Source: Candidatus Latescibacterota bacterium
Lineage (GTDB): Bacteria > Latescibacterota > UBA2968 > UBA8231
Assembly: GCA_963422735.1 (NCBI GenBank)
Contig: OY730476.1
Coordinates: 3,808,001-3,872,000, forward strand
Direction: 5' to 3'
Length of the DNA: 64,000 bases
Made by a program: the position numbers and the translations under genes. The notes beneath the pieces are model-generated. The model had not been told where the DNA came from. It saw nothing but the letters and a program-made list of their open reading frames with translations, and made no database searches. Below are positions 19,870 to 30,241 of this stretch, one piece after another. Each line of letters begins with the position of its first letter. Position 1 is the stretch's first letter.

Positions 19870-21108
19870 CTACAAAGCGCCAAGCGGCACAGCATCTACA
19901 GACGACGTCAAGGGAAAGCGCTCGCGGCAAAGGCACACTATAAAACCGTGCGCCGCACGGGTGCTAAAAAGTTTTTGGAAGTGCTCGATTGCTTGGGCGT
20001 GCTCCGGCTTGGGGGTGGCCGTAAGTTTGGCTTCGATGGGGATGAGCTGCTGACCGTCTTCGAGAATGAAATCCACCTCGTGACCGCCGGCCGTGCGCCA
20101 GAAGTAAAGCCGAGGAATCGCACCCCGATGTACGAACAGGCGATACAGTGCGCCCAAGACGGCGCTCTCGATCATGGGACCGGCAGCCATTCCCCGGAGC
20201 ACCTGATCGGGTTGCGAGAGTCCGAGAAGGTAGCCGAGTATCCCGGTATCCAAAAAGTATAGCTTGGGCCGCTTGACCAGTCTCTTGCCGAGATTTACGT
20301 GATAGGGCTTTAGGGTCAAGACCTGTCCGCTCGCCTCCAGAACCGAGACCCAGGCCTTGACCGTCTTTGAGGTCACGCCGAGGTCGCGCCCGAGGTCAGA
20401 AAAGTTGATCAACGCCCCCGCACGAGCGGCCACCGCGTAGAGTACGCGCTGGAAGTCGCCCAGCTCGCCAATGGCTCGCAAGGTGCGGACATCGCGTTCA
20501 AGGTAAGTCTGGATATAGCTGCTCAGCCACAGTGTCGGGTCAATGCGCGGGTCGAGGGCGGGCTCGGGAAAGCCACCGTGGAGGAGCTGTTTGGCAACTT
20601 CTATGGCTTGGTCGCCGGCTAGGCCGCTCTCGACCCGCGCACCGGTGCCCAGCACCTCCTGCCACGTAACATGAGGCGCGGGTCGCCCGTTTATTTCCGC
20701 CAAGGACATCGACTGGAGTGAGAGTACCGCAACTCGACCGGCGAGGGATTCGGAGACGTCCTGCATCAGAGGGAACGCCTGCGAACCTGTGACCACGTAG
20801 CGTCCCTTGTCCCCCCTGTGTTCGTCAATGTCGATCTTAACGCGGTGGAGCAACTCTGGAGCGTACTGGATCTCGTCGAGGATTACCGGAGGGGGAAAGC
20901 GCGAAAGCAAAAGCTGTGCATCGCTACGCGCCTGCTCGCGGACGGTTATATCGTCGAGCGTACAGTAGGAATGCGTCGCTCCAAAGAGTTGGCGCACAAG
21001 GGTCGTCTTGCCGGATTGGCGTGGGCCGGTCAGGACTACAGCCGGAAATTGCTCGGCGGCGCGGGTTAGGACGCCGACCAGTGTGCGCTCGGTGTACGGA
21101 AGAACCAT
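19870..21108 (-). CDS. AAA_14/DUF4143-type ATPase with a C-terminal PD-(D/E)xK-like domain
   Basis: GPRQSGKTT, ILDEIQ, VTGSQ, ESLAGR, GGFPE, YLERDV, PKLYFLDTG, EVDF...IEAK. Confidence 0.92.
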   Translation of the reverse strand: MVLPYTERTLVGVLTRAAEQFPAVVLTGPRQSGKTTLVRQLFGATHSYCTLDDITVREQARSDAQLLLSRFPPPVILDEIQYAPELLHRVKIDIDEHRGDKGRYVVTGSQAFPLMQDVSESLAGRVAVLSLQSMSLAEINGRPAPHVTWQEVLGTGARVESGLAGDQAIEVAKQLLHGGFPEPALDPRIDPTLWLSSYIQTYLERDVRTLRAIGELGDFQRVLYAVAARAGALINFSDLGRDLGVTSKTVKAWVSVLEASGQVLTLKPYHVNLGKRLVKRPKLYFLDTGILGYLLGLSQPDQVLRGMAAGPMIESAVLGALYRLFVHRGAIPRLYFWRTAGGHEVDFILEDGQQLIPIEAKLTATPKPEHAQAIEHFQKLFSTRAAHGFIVCLCRERFPLTSSVDAVPLGAL

Positions 21109-21240
21109 ACTGAGAAGTTAAGTCCCGCCTTATCTCAGTGCAAGTGGATTGGGAATTGAATTCCAAATTTGCACGTCAAACGGAAACCACTCAACTTCAA
21201 TTTTTTTGACAAGGGACTTTCGTGGCCCGCCGCTTTTTTA

Positions 21241-21930
21241 TTAGTCGCCGCTTAGATCGAAGTGGCGCGTCTGTGGCTTGGGCGGCGGGGCGATGCGGAA
21301 GAGGAAGCGTTGCAGCGGGCGGGCGAGGGCCATGAGCAGTTGGCGCTCGCCTTGTTTGTTGCCGCCGAATATCTGTAGTTGCGCCGGCTGGTAATTGCGC
21401 TGCGTGCCCCCCTGCTGCCAGACTTGGTTGGTGTTGAGGTTGATCAGGCTGATCTTGAGATCTACCGTCAGGTCTATGCCGGGGTTGGGCGACATGCCGT
21501 AGGGGTTGGGCGACATGGGCATCATCCGCGCCTGTAAGTGCCTCAACTCGACGAAGACTAAGGCGTCGAGCTTGATCTTTTCCCTGAGAACGGCCTGTAC
21601 CGAGTCTTGGTGGACGCTCGTCGAGTCGAGGCGAATATCCTTGAGCTTGTAGGTGATTTCGTCTTGGTTCATCACTTCGGTCTTGGGCATGTTGCCGAGG
21701 CTCCGCACCACGGCGTTGGACAGACGCGCCATGACCTTCTCGATGTCCAGTTCTCGGAAGGGTTCGATGTTAGTCGCGCAAACGACGCCGATGTGCTCGA
21801 CTTCCACGAGAAAGGGGCGCAAGACCGGATCAGGTTGCGATGGGGCGCGGAATTCGACGCGCGAGAAAGCGCTGCGGCCGCCGCAGCCGGCTAGGCCAAT
21901 GAGCAGTGCGAGGATAGCGAAGCGGATCAA
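21241..21930 (-). CDS. Lipoprotein of unknown function
   Basis: Lipobox LAGC; overlaps the stop of the upstream Omp85-like gene. Confidence 0.75.
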   Translation of the reverse strand: MIRFAILALLIGLAGCGGRSAFSRVEFRAPSQPDPVLRPFLVEVEHIGVVCATNIEPFRELDIEKVMARLSNAVVRSLGNMPKTEVMNQDEITYKLKDIRLDSTSVHQDSVQAVLREKIKLDALVFVELRHLQARMMPMSPNPYGMSPNPGIDLTVDLKISLINLNTNQVWQQGGTQRNYQPAQLQIFGGNKQGERQLLMALARPLQRFLFRIAPPPKPQTRHFDLSGD

Positions 21931-24900
21931 AAGCTCCGTCCAAAGCTGAAGTGGAACTTGAAGTCCGAGAAGTTGCCTTGTAGGTCCATCTGCTTGGCGA
22001 ATTCAAAGTTCATGGGCAGTAAGAAGTACACTAAGAGGCCAAAGCCAACGCTGGCGTGTACCTGCTGCGGGGAGGACGTGGATGCGGCGTGTGGGTTGTG
22101 GAAGGGCCAGAGGTCGATTTCGTCGCCCTTGTCCCAAGCCATACCCACATCCACAAACAGGCTGCCGTCAACCGCCGGAATCAGGAAGGTGCCGGGCCAG
22201 CCAAAGAGGATGCCGCGCACAAAGGGGACCCGCAACTCGGCATTGGTCAGCAGGACCCGGCTGCCAGTAAAGGCCGAGAACGGATAGCCGCGCAGCGGGC
22301 CGGTATTGAGGTTGAGGCCCGTGTAGAAGGGCAGGTACCAAGTCGGCCCCCCTAGGTTGTATTCGAGGGAGTCGCGGCCCAAAGATCCCACGCTATAGGC
22401 TCTCAGGCCCAGCACCGACCAACGCCCCAGCCGCAAGTAGTGACGATAGTCCAATTCGAGGTGCGAGAAAGAGCGCGTGGCCGACCCGAGGTTGAGCGTG
22501 CGCCCCACCGAGAGGAAGTAGCGCTTGCCAGCGGTGGCACCCAAAAGACCGTAGGTAATGGAGTCGTGGACGTATGCGGTCTTGAACAGATGAGTACTGG
22601 TAGCAGTAGAATCTGATTCGTAGAAGGGACTGACCTGTTCTTCTTGCTCGCCGACATAGGTGTAGCTCAGGTCGAGGCGGCGATAGAGGTCGAGCGGATA
22701 GCTGGCGTTGGCCAAGGCACCTCGCTGCTGGAGGCGGCTAATACCCCGGGCCGGGGAGCGGCCTTGAACGAGGAAGTTGCGGTCGTTGATGAAGTACTGG
22801 TTCCAATTGAAGATGGATACGCGGTATGTGGGCCGCTTGCCGTAGTAGTTGTAGCTGGCGGCAAAGTTGAAGTCATTACTGATGTCCTGCGCGGCCACGT
22901 AATCCGTGGCCAAGATCAGCGAGTGATTGCCCAAAAGGTCGCTCATGCTCAGTTGGGCAACCGACGATAAGAACCCATCGAAATAGTTCATCTGCACGGA
23001 GATGCCGTCGAATTCGAGTTTGGGGGTGTAGCGGCGACGACGCAGTTCCAATTCGCCATCGTCGTCGTCGAGTTGAACAGGGACTTTCGGCTCTTGGGAT
23101 TCGGTGGGCGGCAACGGACCGCTGGCCCCGGCTAGGAGCACGGCGTCGTCCGAGATCCTCCAATCCTTCAGGGCCGAGACCTGCCCTAGGTTTGGGGTGC
23201 CGCCTTGGTCGGAGCGTGCGGCGTCGCCCTGTACCATGGAGTGCTCCGGGGGTGCTGCTTCGGCTGGCGGTGTTGCTTCGGCCACGCGCGCTAGTAGCTG
23301 TGCATCTTTGCGCTTGACCTCGGGCCATTCGGGCATGGCCATCCGGTAGAGATAGCTGCGGCCCTTGAAGTAGGTGTTGAACACAATTTGCCGCCCGTCG
23401 GGCGAGAGGGCGGGGTTCACAATGCCGCTGAGGCTGCGGGTCAGGCGGAATTCGCGGCCCTCGTCGAGATGGTAGACGAAGAGATCGTTGATCTTGTCGC
23501 GGGTGGAGACGAAGAGCAGCTTATTGCCTTCGGGCAGCCACTGAGGCCACAGATCGTCGGTGGGGCTGGATATGGCCGCGTGTGCTACATCTTCGGTCAG
23601 ATCGTAAATCTTGATGTCGAACTGGTTGCGGTACTTGGTGCTAAAGGCGATGCGCTGGCTGTCAGGCGACCAGTTCGGATAATCTTCGCGCTCTGGGGTG
23701 CCCGTGAGCTGACGCCGCTCGCCGGTCTGCACGTCAATGATGTAGAGGTCACTCTGGCCTTGCCCAGTGCCTATAAAGGCGAGTTGGCGGCTGTCGGGTG
23801 CCCAAGTTAGGCTCTCGACAATATCTATATCGGGCATGGTCAGGGTCTGCACTAGCTCCTTGTCGTAAAGGTCCCACAGCATGATGCGGTCGCGGGGGCC
23901 TTCTTTGGCGACAAAGGCGATGGTCTGGCCGTCCTGTGCCCAAGCCACGGTGCCGCTGCCAATGCTAAGGTGATCGTAGTCGGCGGCGCGCATACTCTCG
24001 GTGACGCGCTCGACGAGCGAGGCATCGCGTAGGCGGACGATGTCCACGTGCTGTTCGATCCCGTCTGAGGAGTGGACGGCGAGCATGTCGCCGCTGAGCG
24101 ACCAGCAGGCGCTGGAGAAGCTATGGGTATCCTCATCGTCGCCTATTTTCTCGGCGAATTCGGAGGTGTAGTCGCGAGTCTGCAACAGAGGCCAGTAGGT
24201 TTTGCGCATCTGGGCCGACCAGCGCTCGTCGAGGGTTTTCAAGTCCATGCCGATCAGGCGGTCCATGAGCTTGTCGGTGTCGTGCTGGCTGTCCCACAGG
24301 CGGAGGATACGGCTGATTTTTTCGGGACCGTACTGCTGGGCAATGTATTCCATGAGCGCGTGGCTCTGCTTGTACGCGAGGAATACGTTGCCTTGGCCCC
24401 AAACCTGATTCATGGTTTCGAGGGGAATGAGGCCATCGGTGAGCACGGCGTCGCGGAGGACCATTTCATCGACGGTGTTGCGGCCCGGTGTGGTGTATTC
24501 GGCCATGCCTTCCATGAGCCAAGTGGGCGGCTGGGCGATCGGGCTGGTAATGCGGCGAATGGGGCCTTTGTGAATGATGTCGTACTGGAATATATGGGTC
24601 AGTTCGTGGACGAGGACATTGCGGAACTCGTCGAGATCGCCCGCAAAGGGGACGACCATGCGGAAGCGCAGCGGCTCGGCAAAGCCGGCGACTCCAGGCG
24701 GCAGAAAGTCGGGGAAGATATTGGTCTGCTGGAACTGGTAGTGAGACTGATAGATGACGACCGGCGGCCGGTGCGAAAGGTCGTGGTGCAAGATTTGGCT
24801 GATGTGATCGTAGCCTTCTTCGAGGTACTCGATCGCCTGCACGGCCAGATTCTGGAATTCAGACTCAAAGTGCAGCTCTATGTGCTCGCTTTCGAGGATC

Positions 24901-25055
24901 TCCCACTCAAAGTCTCGATAGCGGACCTTATTTTTCCCAAACCCCTGCTGTAGCTGCAAGGTGAGGATGTCTTGGGCTCCGAGGTCTGCGGTGCCCAAAG
25001 CGAGCAGGGCGGCGCAGGCGAGGCTGCAGAATCTTGTTATAGCCTGCACGTTCAC
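21927..25055 (-). CDS. Multidomain outer-membrane protein: zincin peptidase domain, TolB/PD40 propeller and Omp85/BamA-type barrel
   Basis: FGKNKV, HELTH...WLMEGMAEY, repeated (W/L)SPD motifs, LRGY lid motif, ELRVP, FVDVG, terminal FSFGRSF. Confidence 0.85.
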   Translation of the reverse strand: MNVQAITRFCSLACAALLALGTADLGAQDILTLQLQQGFGKNKVRYRDFEWEILESEHIELHFESEFQNLAVQAIEYLEEGYDHISQILHHDLSHRPPVVIYQSHYQFQQTNIFPDFLPPGVAGFAEPLRFRMVVPFAGDLDEFRNVLVHELTHIFQYDIIHKGPIRRITSPIAQPPTWLMEGMAEYTTPGRNTVDEMVLRDAVLTDGLIPLETMNQVWGQGNVFLAYKQSHALMEYIAQQYGPEKISRILRLWDSQHDTDKLMDRLIGMDLKTLDERWSAQMRKTYWPLLQTRDYTSEFAEKIGDDEDTHSFSSACWSLSGDMLAVHSSDGIEQHVDIVRLRDASLVERVTESMRAADYDHLSIGSGTVAWAQDGQTIAFVAKEGPRDRIMLWDLYDKELVQTLTMPDIDIVESLTWAPDSRQLAFIGTGQGQSDLYIIDVQTGERRQLTGTPEREDYPNWSPDSQRIAFSTKYRNQFDIKIYDLTEDVAHAAISSPTDDLWPQWLPEGNKLLFVSTRDKINDLFVYHLDEGREFRLTRSLSGIVNPALSPDGRQIVFNTYFKGRSYLYRMAMPEWPEVKRKDAQLLARVAEATPPAEAAPPEHSMVQGDAARSDQGGTPNLGQVSALKDWRISDDAVLLAGASGPLPPTESQEPKVPVQLDDDDGELELRRRRYTPKLEFDGISVQMNYFDGFLSSVAQLSMSDLLGNHSLILATDYVAAQDISNDFNFAASYNYYGKRPTYRVSIFNWNQYFINDRNFLVQGRSPARGISRLQQRGALANASYPLDLYRRLDLSYTYVGEQEEQVSPFYESDSTATSTHLFKTAYVHDSITYGLLGATAGKRYFLSVGRTLNLGSATRSFSHLELDYRHYLRLGRWSVLGLRAYSVGSLGRDSLEYNLGGPTWYLPFYTGLNLNTGPLRGYPFSAFTGSRVLLTNAELRVPFVRGILFGWPGTFLIPAVDGSLFVDVGMAWDKGDEIDLWPFHNPHAASTSSPQQVHASVGFGLLVYFLLPMNFEFAKQMDLQGNFSDFKFHFSFGRSF

Positions 25056-25633
25056 TCTCCCGTGGATGTGGGTGAATTGTCCGGGCGTCCGGTCCGCGGC
25101 GGCTGGCCATGGTCCAACTTGAATATATCAAGTGAACCTGTGGAGTCGCTGTCGGCCTGCTGGTATTGTTGCAAGTGGCGCAAATTGGCTGCATAGGCTT
25201 CTTGGGTGGGGTTCAGGGCCCGCGCCCGGCCGTAGAATTCAGCGGCTTTGTCGGCCATGCCGAGCCGCTCGTAAATGACCCCGAGGTTGTTGTTTAGGCT
25301 GGCCGACAAACTGTCTTGCGCTAGGGCGCGTTCCATGTGCGATTGGGCCTCGTTCCACATGGCGTTCTCAATGCACCAGAGCGCGTATTTGTTGACCTGC
25401 TCGATGTTTTGCAACTGTTGATGCGAGCGCTTGGGGCGATCTACGACGACTAGCACCGGCATGGGTTGGACGGCTGCCGTGGCCGTGGTGTCAGCGGCTG
25501 GGGCGTACTCATAGCCGATGGGTTCGCCCGCTGGCGGCCTGCGCACCAGCTCCAGACAGCCATTCAGACACAGCGCACCCAAAACAAAGACCACGAGGCG
25601 CAAGGTATTTTTTATGGAGCAATTCACGCGCAA
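25052..25633 (-). CDS. TPR-containing lipoprotein
   Basis: Lipobox LNGC; TPR NNLGVIYERLG...A..LNP. Confidence 0.75.
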   Translation of the reverse strand: MRVNCSIKNTLRLVVFVLGALCLNGCLELVRRPPAGEPIGYEYAPAADTTATAAVQPMPVLVVVDRPKRSHQQLQNIEQVNKYALWCIENAMWNEAQSHMERALAQDSLSASLNNNLGVIYERLGMADKAAEFYGRARALNPTQEAYAANLRHLQQYQQADSDSTGSLDIFKLDHGQPPRTGRPDNSPTSTGE

Positions 25634-26019
25634 TTTTTTCTAGGCGCGAGGCCGTTATCGCCTTGCGCCATTGTTATTATTTAGGAATATAACACACAGA
25701 AGCACTTTGGCCTATTTTCCACGCTGCTGTCTCCACGAGCCGCCCGCTCCCATTCGGCGACGAGCTATTCGGAAGAGCAATAAAAAGGCGCGTTATGCCA
25801 GAGCTTGGTATCAGATAGACGCCGCAAGGGGGCGATTCGTTGCTTTTACCGTCGCCCGCTGGCGGTCCGCCGCAAACTGCGCGGATTGGTAGCACCCCAT
25901 CTGCGGAGTGACCCTACTTAATGCGGGTAATGCGTACTGCTGCATAGCGCATAAAACTACTTTATTGAGGGGCGATCTATGCTGAATCGGATCCTTAGGC
26001 GGCCTTGGCTTTCGCGTGG

Positions 26020-26454
26020 GCGTGCCCGAGCAGCGCCCGGCAAGTCCATGGGACAGTCGGCTAGTGCCCGACCATGGTGCCGCTGGTGAATTTCAGCTCG
26101 GACGACGGCACCGGATACGGGTTGCCGTGCGCTGCACTATCCCGCCGGCTCCGTCGGCACGCAGGATGCAGAAGTTGTAGTTGAGGCCGCGCAGCCCTGC
26201 CTTACCGGCGTTTTCAATGTATTGGCACAGCGCATCGAGGTCTCGGTCGCGCTCGGGGTCTTTGGCTAGGCTAGGCCGATGTTATCCAGCGGTGTGACGT
26301 GGACCACTCCATAGGCGGCCGCCACCTCGCGGTGCCAGACGAGGGTTGCAAACTCCATGTCCTCGACTGTGGCGTCGAAGTGGGTCACACCATGGCGGAC
26401 TAGGAATTCCATCTCGGTCTTCGAGGTACCGAAGTACTGAGTCCCTAAGTACAT
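26020..26454 (-). pseudogene. Mannonate dehydratase (UxuA)-like remnant
   Basis: MYLGTQ... then, after a 5-bp duplication at 26264-26275, KDPERDRDLDALCQYIENAGKAGLRGLNYNFCIL in another frame. The 3' boundary is approximate. Confidence 0.6.
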
Positions 26455-26542
26455 GGGATTTGTCCCCTTTATGATGAGCTTGCGCTCTGGCGGCAGGAGA
26501 ACAGTGCGCTGGCGAATAGTGGGAGAAATCGTCTATGTAATT

Positions 26543-28260
26543 CTATCCAAAAGAGAGTTTCATTTGTTGGTCTTCTGGTGAAGTGCGGAGAGATTGAGAG
26601 GGATTTTCAGTCATTCCTTTATCACCAACGGCACTACACACCTCTCCCCAGTCAATGAAGTATTCGTCAAAATAGCGGATTGGGTATCTGCTAAACCTAA
26701 TAATATCTTCTCTATCGGGCCTGCGCCCCAGTTTTGATAGCAATTTTTTTGACTTCGATCTGTAGTGTTTTCTTTGGTACTTCGTACTTCTGTTTTTGTA
26801 GTCGTACAACTCTACTGTTTTTAGCTTTTGGAGTAGTAGCATTTTTTGCAAATGGATCCCTCCCTTTTTTCAGGTCCAAATGTCTTCGTTCGGCAATTGC
26901 ATGATATTTAGCTGACAGTTCAATTCCAATGAATTTTCTTCCAAGCATCTCGGATGTTAAGGTCGTTGTACCCGCGCCGTTAAAAGGATCTAAAACGATA
27001 TCTCCTTCTTTAGTAAAGGTATGGATAAGTCGCTTCATCAATGATGGAGGTAGTTGACATGGATGATCGATTCTTTTTGAATTGTGCTTTAGTCTATGGA
27101 TATTCCACCATAAATTTCCAATCGGCTGTCGGTCTGTAATTTTGTTTAAATTTCTCTTCTTAATACAAGAAGTTCTAACGCAATACTACGGTTTGAGGCT
27201 CATGAAGTCTTGGGGAGTTTTCCAACTGGCTTTTTTCTCGTGATTGGCAATTTCAATTGGCCGACCTTTGCTAAAGCAAGTTATTCCGTAATGTGCCGGC
27301 ATAATTTTTTTGACAGGTAAGCTCAACCCCTCCCAAGCTATCCAATCTTGGTAATCTAAAATACTTCTCGCGAAAGAAAAATGCCTAACGATCCAGAGGG
27401 GAATATTTATAATTGCAAAAGTCCGACCGGGTTTCAAAACTCTAGCTGATTCAGCTATCCATTGATCACACCATGAAAAGTAATTACTAATGTCTTGGGC
27501 ATCATTCCAGTTGTCATATTTCTTTTTTATATTATATGGAGGATCGGCAAAGATAAAATCCACGGAATTTTCAGGAATAGTTCTAAGAACATCTAGACAA
27601 TCTCCGTTGAGTAAACGACTCTCGCCGGGAGCTTTGATTATTTCATTTGAAAAGCGAAATTTTCTCCTGCTGGAGGCCTTAAAAAGTTTCCTGACATCGT
27701 AGTAAATAAGTTGACGATAGTGTTCGAGCCCAAAGAGTTCCTTTAGTCTCTCTATAATGGCTATTAGTTCTGCGTCATTATCATAAGAAATGTCGCGCTA
27801 AATATCAGACATAAGTGTACCATAGGGGCTATAAATATGCTTCTTGCCTCCGGTAGTCCTTTGTTGTTTTTTTGCAGGCAGGACAGTATGTATATGCTAT
27901 TTGAGTCCTGTTGTGCTTTAAAGAACCTTTGTAACGGGTAAAAACTAAAAGAGCGATATGGTCATCTGGTAAAGCACCCAATCTCAGTGTCTTTTTCTTG
28001 CGTTTGACAGCGATCCAAAGTTTGAGATTGACGCAGTTCTGAAATCCTTTATATAGCAAGCTATACGAGGACTTGTTAAAAAATAAATTGTACTTTCTTC
28101 GGGTAGTTCTTCAAGGAAACCGGAGAACTCTCGCTTAAGAATTTCCACAGGGATTTCACCGTCAAAATCAATTTCTGTAGTCAGGTGAAAAACCATACAT
28201 TCGACTGTAGAGACTTTGACGATAATTTTTGAAAATCTTCAAATGTTCTTATTGATATAT
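26543..28260 (-). pseudogene. Low-GC N4/N6 DNA methyltransferase (beta class), multiply frameshifted
   Basis: Fragments carry GDCL, DFIFADPPYN, HPCQLP and DIVLDPFNGAGTT; an upstream CPAC segment and a C-terminal helical repeat; strongly AT-rich compared with the flanks. Confidence 0.85.
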
Positions 28261-28351
28261 CTAAAGGCTTGCAGTTCTCACTCCGGTGAGCCATTTTGGT
28301 CATCTCCTTACGGCGCGAAAATCTGAATCAGTGCAACAGGCTAAGCGCAAT

Positions 28352-30241
28352 CTACAGCAGCTTGCAGCCTTCCAGTTCTTTGGTACTCAGGCGGACGCCG
28401 CCGGCGCGGAGCCCGCGCACTGGATATTGGCCGATGGGGAAGACCTCGTTGAGCTTGCGAAGTCGTGGCTTGGGCTTGTAGGCGAGGGCGATCTTTTTGT
28501 CGGAATCAGTAGTCAGCTTGAGCAGCTTGCACTCAGCGGGCACGAGATCGTAGCTGCGGCCTAAGATGAATTTGTCGATTGTGCAGCGCTTGATGTAGGA
28601 AGCACCGGCCTTGTCCTTATAAACGATGCTGAAAATTAGGTTTTTGTCGATCAAGTCGCAGTGGAGCAAGCCTTTGCCGACGAAGAGCTTGTCCGGCACT
28701 TGGATGACCGAATAGGTGCCGTCCCTGCGGATGGCGAGCACAGAGTCGTAGAGCGATACGTCGCAGAGGGAGGCGCCGTTGATTTGGTGGCCGAGATAGC
28801 CGGTCTTTTTGTCGTAGCGGAGCTTGAGATTGCGGTTGGCAGCCAAGCGTACATCGACTCTTTTGATTTCCACGATTTCGGTGCGGCGCGGGAACTGATC
28901 GCGGTATTTGTCGATGAGGCCCTGGATAAAGGCGATGGTGTAGGGGATAATACTATCCAAATGCTTCTTGATCTGGCCCAATCGGGCGCGGATCTCCTTC
29001 ATCTCTTTTTGGGCGCGATTGATGTCGTAGCGCGAGATGCGGCGGATCGGGATCTTGAGCAGGGTCTCGATATCGTCGTCGGTTATATCGCGTTTGATCT
29101 GAGGGGCAAAAGGCCAAAGCCCAGTGCGCACTGCCAAGTCGACTTCGGCAGTGGAGGTCTGCTCCTCAATGGCTTTATAAATGCGGTTTTCGATAAAGAT
29201 CAGTTCTATGATCTTGGCGTGGAGCCTGTCGTTGAGTTGCTCGGCTTCGAGCTGGAGCTCGGCCTTGAGGGTATCGACGAGGCGATCGACGTTGTGTTGC
29301 AGAACTTCAGTGGCACTCCTGACTTGGGGGCGATCATGCTCGTTGATCAGCATTAGATTGGCCGAAATAGACAGCTCGCAGTCGGTGAAGGCGTAGAGTG
29401 CATCCACGACCTCCTCGGTGTAGGTGCCGCGCGGCAGCTTGATCTCGATCTCGACTTTTTCGGCGGTGTAGTCAGAGATGGTGCCGATCTTGATCTTGTT
29501 CTTGCGCGCGGCGTCTTCGATTGAGGCGATAAGCTGTTCGGTGGTGGTGCCAAAGGCGAGCTCGCGGATGACGATGCGCTTGGGGTCGGAGGTGTCGAGC
29601 CGGGCGCGGACTAAGATTTTGCCATTGCCGTCGTTATATGCGGAGAAATCGGCTAGGCCGCCGGTGGGGAAGTCAGGGTGGAGCTGAAAGGGCCGGTCTT
29701 GCAAGTAGGCGATTTGGGCTTCTAATAGTTCGATAAGATTGTGCGGCAATATCTTGGTAGCCATGCCGACGGCGATGCCTTCGGCACCTTGGGCCAACAG
29801 CACCGGGATCTTGGCGGGGAAAACCACCGGCTCCTGATTGCGACCGTCGTAGGAGTCGACATAGTTGGTCAGTTCCTTGTTGAAGAGCACCTGTTTGGCC
29901 AGCGGCGTGAGTCGGCACTCTATATAGCGGGCGGAGGCAGCCTCGTCGCCAGTGAAGATATTGCCGAAGTTGCCCTGTTTCTCGATGAAGATTTCCTTGT
30001 TGGCTAGCACCACGAGTGCGCCGTAGATCGACTGGTCGCCGTGTGGGTGGTACTGCATGGTTTGGCCTACTACATTGGCGACCTTGTTGAATTTGCCGTC
30101 GTCGATCTTATGCAGCGCGTGGAGGATGCGGCGCTGGACGGGTTTGAGCCCGTCGTCGATGTGCGGAATCGCACGGTCTTTGATGTAGTAGGAGGCGTAT
30201 TCGAGGAAGTAGTTGTCGTAGAGACTGTCGATATAGGCCAT
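28352..30241 (-). CDS. parC: DNA topoisomerase IV subunit A (short, FCB/spirochaete-like type)
   Basis: DGLKPVQRRIL, YHPHGD, QGNFG, catalytic ARYIE, GIAVGMAT, PDFPTGG. Confidence 0.92.
   Translation of the reverse strand: MAYIDSLYDNYFLEYASYYIKDRAIPHIDDGLKPVQRRILHALHKIDDGKFNKVANVVGQTMQYHPHGDQSIYGALVVLANKEIFIEKQGNFGNIFTGDEAASARYIECRLTPLAKQVLFNKELTNYVDSYDGRNQEPVVFPAKIPVLLAQGAEGIAVGMATKILPHNLIELLEAQIAYLQDRPFQLHPDFPTGGLADFSAYNDGNGKILVRARLDTSDPKRIVIRELAFGTTTEQLIASIEDAARKNKIKIGTISDYTAEKVEIEIKLPRGTYTEEVVDALYAFTDCELSISANLMLINEHDRPQVRSATEVLQHNVDRLVDTLKAELQLEAEQLNDRLHAKIIELIFIENRIYKAIEEQTSTAEVDLAVRTGLWPFAPQIKRDITDDDIETLLKIPIRRISRYDINRAQKEMKEIRARLGQIKKHLDSIIPYTIAFIQGLIDKYRDQFPRRTEIVEIKRVDVRLAANRNLKLRYDKKTGYLGHQINGASLCDVSLYDSVLAIRRDGTYSVIQVPDKLFVGKGLLHCDLIDKNLIFSIVYKDKAGASYIKRCTIDKFILGRSYDLVPAECKLLKLTTDSDKKIALAYKPKPRLRKLNEVFPIGQYPVRGLRAGGVRLSTKELEGCKLL

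Noticed and set aside
25640-26020. Possible tRNA or ncRNA in the intergenic gap
   Set aside because: I could not recognise a cloverleaf or known RNA motif by eye; an Infernal/Rfam scan would settle it.
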